A stretch of DNA of 56,846 bases from a virus. The translations under genes were made by a program, and so were the position numbers. The stretch lies in the IMG/VR virus record IMGVR_UViG_3300045988_088058, positions 1 to 56,846 of that record; one strand, written 5' to 3'. Positions 54,096-56,846 of the stretch are shown here, piece after piece (positions within the stretch are counted from its first letter, which is position 1; the number at the start of each line of letters is the position of its first letter). The notes under the pieces were generated by a model. The model did not search any database. It was not told where the DNA came from and saw nothing but the letters and a program-made list of their open reading frames with translations.

Positions 54096-54890
54096 TTATA
54101 CTCCTCTTTTATTATCATATACCAGTGTATGAAGCTGTGGTAAAGGTCGAACATTGTTAAAAGCTGGATCCTGATATACTTTGTCCCATAGCCAACCTAA
54201 TTTTTCAAGTAGTCGGTCACTGATTTTCCCTTCTTCGTAGGCGTTTGCATTCCCGACTGATAAATAATTGACTGGGCGTAGCTTGTCCTTAAAGGTTTCG
54301 AACATATTTCGAGCGTAAGCTAAATCCGTATCGTCGAAGATTACAATCTTAAACGACCAGTCAAGTCCTTCCTCATTTAGGCGATCTACAATTGCTTCAA
54401 GAATTTTCATATTAGTTCGCATTCCACTTGAAGGTGGTTTAGGACTAATAGTGATATCGCTGACTTCTTTGAACCATTCTTGGAATCGAGTCCCTTGAGT
54501 TTCGAGACCGAACTTGAATCCATGCTCTTTTAGAATCGAAATCATCTTAGCCATAGGCTCGTTAAGTAAGGCAGGGTTTCCTCCAGTCAATGTCACGTGG
54601 TTACAAATCTGCTCACCTTTTTCGTTGAAAGCTAGTTTTAAGATTCGACTAGCAGCCTCATCGCCTGTAATGTATTCAGGTTCAGTAGTACCGTTCCAGG
54701 TAAAGGCTGAGTCACACCAGTTACAATGATAATCACATCCACCAGTTCGAATGAAAATGGTCTTTTGACCTATAACCATTCCTTCGCCTTGGATTGTAGG
54801 ACCGAAGATTTCCATAACAGGCATCTTCTCAGGGTCGCGAACGTTGATTCGAATCTTTCCTCTATCAGGTTGATTGTATTTATTAACCAT
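54096..54890 (-). CDS. queE: 7-carboxy-7-deazaguanine synthase (radical SAM)
   Basis: 264 aa; GGCDYHCNWCDS Cx3Cx2C cluster motif. Confidence 0.88.
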   Translation of the reverse strand: MVNKYNQPDRGKIRINVRDPEKMPVMEIFGPTIQGEGMVIGQKTIFIRTGGCDYHCNWCDSAFTWNGTTEPEYITGDEAASRILKLAFNEKGEQICNHVTLTGGNPALLNEPMAKMISILKEHGFKFGLETQGTRFQEWFKEVSDITISPKPPSSGMRTNMKILEAIVDRLNEEGLDWSFKIVIFDDTDLAYARNMFETFKDKLRPVNYLSVGNANAYEEGKISDRLLEKLGWLWDKVYQDPAFNNVRPLPQLHTLVYDNKRGV

Positions 54891-54892
54891 AA

Positions 54893-55399
54893 TTATTCCT
54901 CTAATAATTCAGCGACAGTGACTTCACTGTTTCCTTCAATGAATTTCACATTCTTGAACATTTCAATTTCTCGGTCAGTGAAAATTTCATAATAGGTGCA
55001 TTCTGCACAACCTGTAGGAGTTTCCCACAATTTTATAGAGTCGATACGAGCATGCTTCCACATAAGCTCAGTGAGCACCCATGTAAGAAATCTTGACATA
55101 TTCTCAGCCGTAGTTCTAAATCCAAAGAGAACTCGCTTAGTGTCCACGGCGTTAGCTAAAGCAATAGGCTCATTTCCTTGAAGAAGGACAGCGTGGTCAA
55201 GTCGGTCGATAAATTTACCTGCGATTTTCTTAACGTGATAAAAGTCAACTACCATTCCTTGACTTGAACCATGGTCAAAAGTTTCACCTGCAAGAGAAAT
55301 TTCTACCTTGTAGGTATGCCCGTGCAAATTTGCACACTTTCCAAAATGCCCAACTAATTGATGAGCGGCATCGAATGTCAATGTTTTAGAAACTTTCAT
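54893..55399 (-). CDS. queD: 6-carboxy-5,6,7,8-tetrahydropterin synthase
   Basis: 168 aa; CANLHGH (CxxxHGH) motif. Confidence 0.88.
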   Translation of the reverse strand: MKVSKTLTFDAAHQLVGHFGKCANLHGHTYKVEISLAGETFDHGSSQGMVVDFYHVKKIAGKFIDRLDHAVLLQGNEPIALANAVDTKRVLFGFRTTAENMSRFLTWVLTELMWKHARIDSIKLWETPTGCAECTYYEIFTDREIEMFKNVKFIEGNSEVTVAELLEE

Positions 55400-55400
55400 G

Positions 55401-56087
55401 TCAGTTCTCCTTGTAATGAATAGGATCAGTCATTCCGTTGTCAGCGAATGCTTTCTTACGGTCAATACATGTCGCGCAAGTTCCGCAACTTTCAGCGTCA
55501 CTTTCATAACATGAACGAGTTAGGAAGTAAGGAACATCTAAATCAAGTCCCCATTTAATAACCTGTGACTTCGTCAGCGTCAATAAGTGAGCGACAAGAG
55601 AAACCTTTCCTCCAGTTCCGTACTCAATTGCGTGTGACATTGAATTGTAGAATTCAGGAGTGCAATCAGGGTAAGCGCCTCCGGCGGCATCATCTGCATG
55701 CGCGCCATATACGACATGAGAAGCTCCAACTGAGTAAGCATAGGCAGCAGCCTGTGAAAGCATTAAACCATTTCTAAATGGGACATAAGTGTCAACAACT
55801 TCTTGCTCTTTTAGAATTTCAGCATAAGATTTTCCATGAGACATTTCCCTCTTGCCTTTCAAGAGAGCTGAACTGGAACTTGAATATAGCTTCTTGTCAA
55901 TTTCGAGAACTGTGAATTTAACTCCATAGAACATTGCAACATTAGCAGCATTTTCAAGTTCAGCTTCATGCTTTTGTCCATAATTAAATGCTACTGCGTG
56001 AACATTTTTAGCGCCCCACTTATCAACTTCGATGGCTAAACAAGTAGCAGAATCGACTCCGCCAGATAATAAAACTACTGATTTCAT
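55401..56087 (-). CDS. queC: 7-cyano-7-deazaguanine (preQ0) synthase
   Basis: 228 aa; PP-loop LLSGGVDS; C-terminal zinc cysteines CGTCATCIDR. Confidence 0.92.
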   Translation of the reverse strand: MKSVVLLSGGVDSATCLAIEVDKWGAKNVHAVAFNYGQKHEAELENAANVAMFYGVKFTVLEIDKKLYSSSSSALLKGKREMSHGKSYAEILKEQEVVDTYVPFRNGLMLSQAAAYAYSVGASHVVYGAHADDAAGGAYPDCTPEFYNSMSHAIEYGTGGKVSLVAHLLTLTKSQVIKWGLDLDVPYFLTRSCYESDAESCGTCATCIDRKKAFADNGMTDPIHYKEN

Positions 56088-56096
56088 CTTAGCCTC

Positions 56097-56618
56097 CTAT
56101 CGAATAGCTCGTCCAAGAGTGTGAACACTTCCAAGATAGTTCAATTTGCGTTGAAGGGAAAGCTGTTCAAGTTCAGGAGTTGAAAATTCTGGATTAACTT
56201 TGTTGACGAATGGGTAAATTGAAATTCCTCCACGAGGAGTAAATAGACCCATGACTTCGATGTACTTAGGATTCATCAATTCATACAAGTCATTCAAAAT
56301 AATGTTCATGCAATCTTCATGGAAGTCGCCGTGGTTACGGAAACTAAATAGGTATAGTTTCAACGATTTAGACTCAACCATCCTGTCATTTGGAATGTAG
56401 CTGATGAAAACATTTGCAAAATCAGGCTGTCCTGTTTTAGGACAAAGTGAAGTGAATTCGTATCCGTCAAATGTTACTAGGTAATTATTTTCAGGATGCT
56501 TATTAGGGAAGGTTTCAAGAACTTCAGGATTATAATCATAATCGTATTTGGTATCTTGGTTGCCTAAAAGAGTAACGCCTGTCAATTCAGCGTCTGTTCG
56601 AGTAGTGTTTTGACTCAT
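56097..56618 (-). CDS. queF: NADPH-dependent preQ0 reductase, unimodular type
   Basis: 173 aa; catalytic Cys in [12 protein letters not shown]; QueF motif ESKSLKLY. Confidence 0.9.
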   Translation of the reverse strand: MSQNTTRTDAELTGVTLLGNQDTKYDYDYNPEVLETFPNKHPENNYLVTFDGYEFTSLCPKTGQPDFANVFISYIPNDRMVESKSLKLYLFSFRNHGDFHEDCMNIILNDLYELMNPKYIEVMGLFTPRGGISIYPFVNKVNPEFSTPELEQLSLQRKLNYLGSVHTLGRAIR

Positions 56619-56680
56619 GTTCGAGCCTCCTTTATTTTTATTTTTAGCAGGATGTCAGGTTCTACAAAACTGCCTCATAT

Positions 56681-56712
56681 ATATTATACACGAATATGAT
56701 TCATTTTGTTAA
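56681..56712 (-). promoter_or_regulatory. Class-2 promoter motif TTAACA-N14-CGTGTATAAT upstream of queF
   Basis: Same bipartite motif; lies downstream of the early cassette, so the island has tandem promoters. Confidence 0.55.
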
Positions 56713-56751
56713 GCAATAAAAATAATCAACTAACTTTCTGCTTTATAGTTA

Positions 56752-56780
56752 CATTATACGATAATGAAATAATAAAGTCA
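56752..56780 (-). promoter_or_regulatory. Early promoter cassette copy (no palindromic box; abuts the junction terminator)
   Basis: -10 56752-56757, -35 56775-56780, 17-nt spacer. Confidence 0.75.
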
Positions 56781-56791
56781 AGCATTTTTAC

Positions 56792-56846
56792 AAAAAAAAA
56801 TAATCAGGAATTTTCCTGACTACTTTTTCAAAAGTCTCGAAGCAAT
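56792..56846. repeat. 55-nt copy of 1-55 (circular closure overlap)
   Basis: Exact identity with window start. Confidence 0.95.

Larger units (their letters stand above)
1..56846. other. Complete circularly closed genome of a virulent siphovirus-type Streptococcus phage (Dp-1-like lineage)
   Basis: End overlap of 55 nt; complete packaging, head, tail, lysis and replication modules; no integrase or repressor; choline-binding lysin; low GC. Confidence 0.8.

Noticed and set aside
54095-54154. 20-aa N-terminal extension of the folE ORF
   Set aside because: It overlaps the queE 3' end. The internal ATG at 54094 has a perfect SD (AGGAG) and lies 1 nt after the queE stop.
56619-56690. Possible preQ1 riboswitch in the queF leader (GGCAG...CUGCU stem followed by the A-rich tail UAAAAAUAAAAAUAAAGGAGG)
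   Set aside because: The A-rich tail running into the SD is suggestive. However, the loop is about 19 nt and lacks the conserved preQ1-I loop nucleotides, and no P2 pairing is evident. There is also no preQ1-II-like element before queT. An Infernal scan with RF00522 and RF01054 would settle it.
1-56846. Apparent over-representation of TCGA/TTCGA throughout the genome (by eye, roughly twice the composition-based expectation in the first 3 kb)
   Set aside because: I cannot count it reliably without computation, and it may simply reflect codon preference (TCG/CGA). A k-mer observed/expected analysis, and a comparison with mapped modified G positions, would test any link to the DpdA target.
1-56846. 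Lysogeny module, integrase, attP, transposase, tRNA genes, toxin-antitoxin or known defence/anti-defence cassettes
   Set aside because: No translated ORF shows tyrosine or serine recombinase, CI/Cro pair, or transposase motifs. The small HTH proteins at 8876-9428 sit inside the replication operon, not in a divergent switch.

Overview
The window is one complete, circularly closed dsDNA phage genome. Nt 1-55 are identical to nt 56792-56846, so the unique length is about 56.79 kb. It is low-GC and gene-dense, with no integrase or lysogeny module, so it looks virulent. A Pal-like amidase carrying choline-binding repeats, the overall size and a queuosine-type gene island all resemble the Streptococcus pneumoniae/mitis-group siphophage Dp-1 lineage; that attribution is from memory, not a search.

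Layout:
- A late operon on the minus strand runs from 35266 down to 12076: terS, terL, portal, MuF-like, scaffold, capsid, connectors, tail tube, chaperones, tape measure, Dit, Tal, fibre, holins, lysin.
- Three minus-strand early/middle units follow. The first (11789 to 29) holds SNF2, a DnaC-like loader, DnaB, primase, a sigma-like factor, a gp32-like SSB, PolA and a YhhQ-like transporter. The second (56618 to 52028) is the deazaguanine island. The third (51900 to 40561) holds clamp, nucleases, dUTPase, RecA, clamp loader and an HD hydrolase.
- A plus-strand block of small early genes occupies 36108-40536.

Most notable is the self-contained island queF-queC-queD-queE-folE-queT plus a DpdA-like transglycosylase, with a second precursor transporter (YhhQ-like) just across the circular junction. 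This predicts replacement of guanine in virion DNA by a 7-deazaguanine, most likely preQ1.

Other structure seen:
- An 840-bp non-coding region with a dense TTTTCGA iteron array.
- A promoter cassette repeated six times, five copies with a palindromic box.
- A second promoter-like motif repeated five times in front of DNA-metabolism genes, alongside two sigma-like proteins.
- An orphan antisense promoter next to a GC-rich structured element.
- A full clamp and clamp-loader set beside a family-A polymerase.

No tRNA, rRNA, CRISPR array or transposon was seen. All calls come from reading the sequence and ORF translations by eye; no database search was possible.
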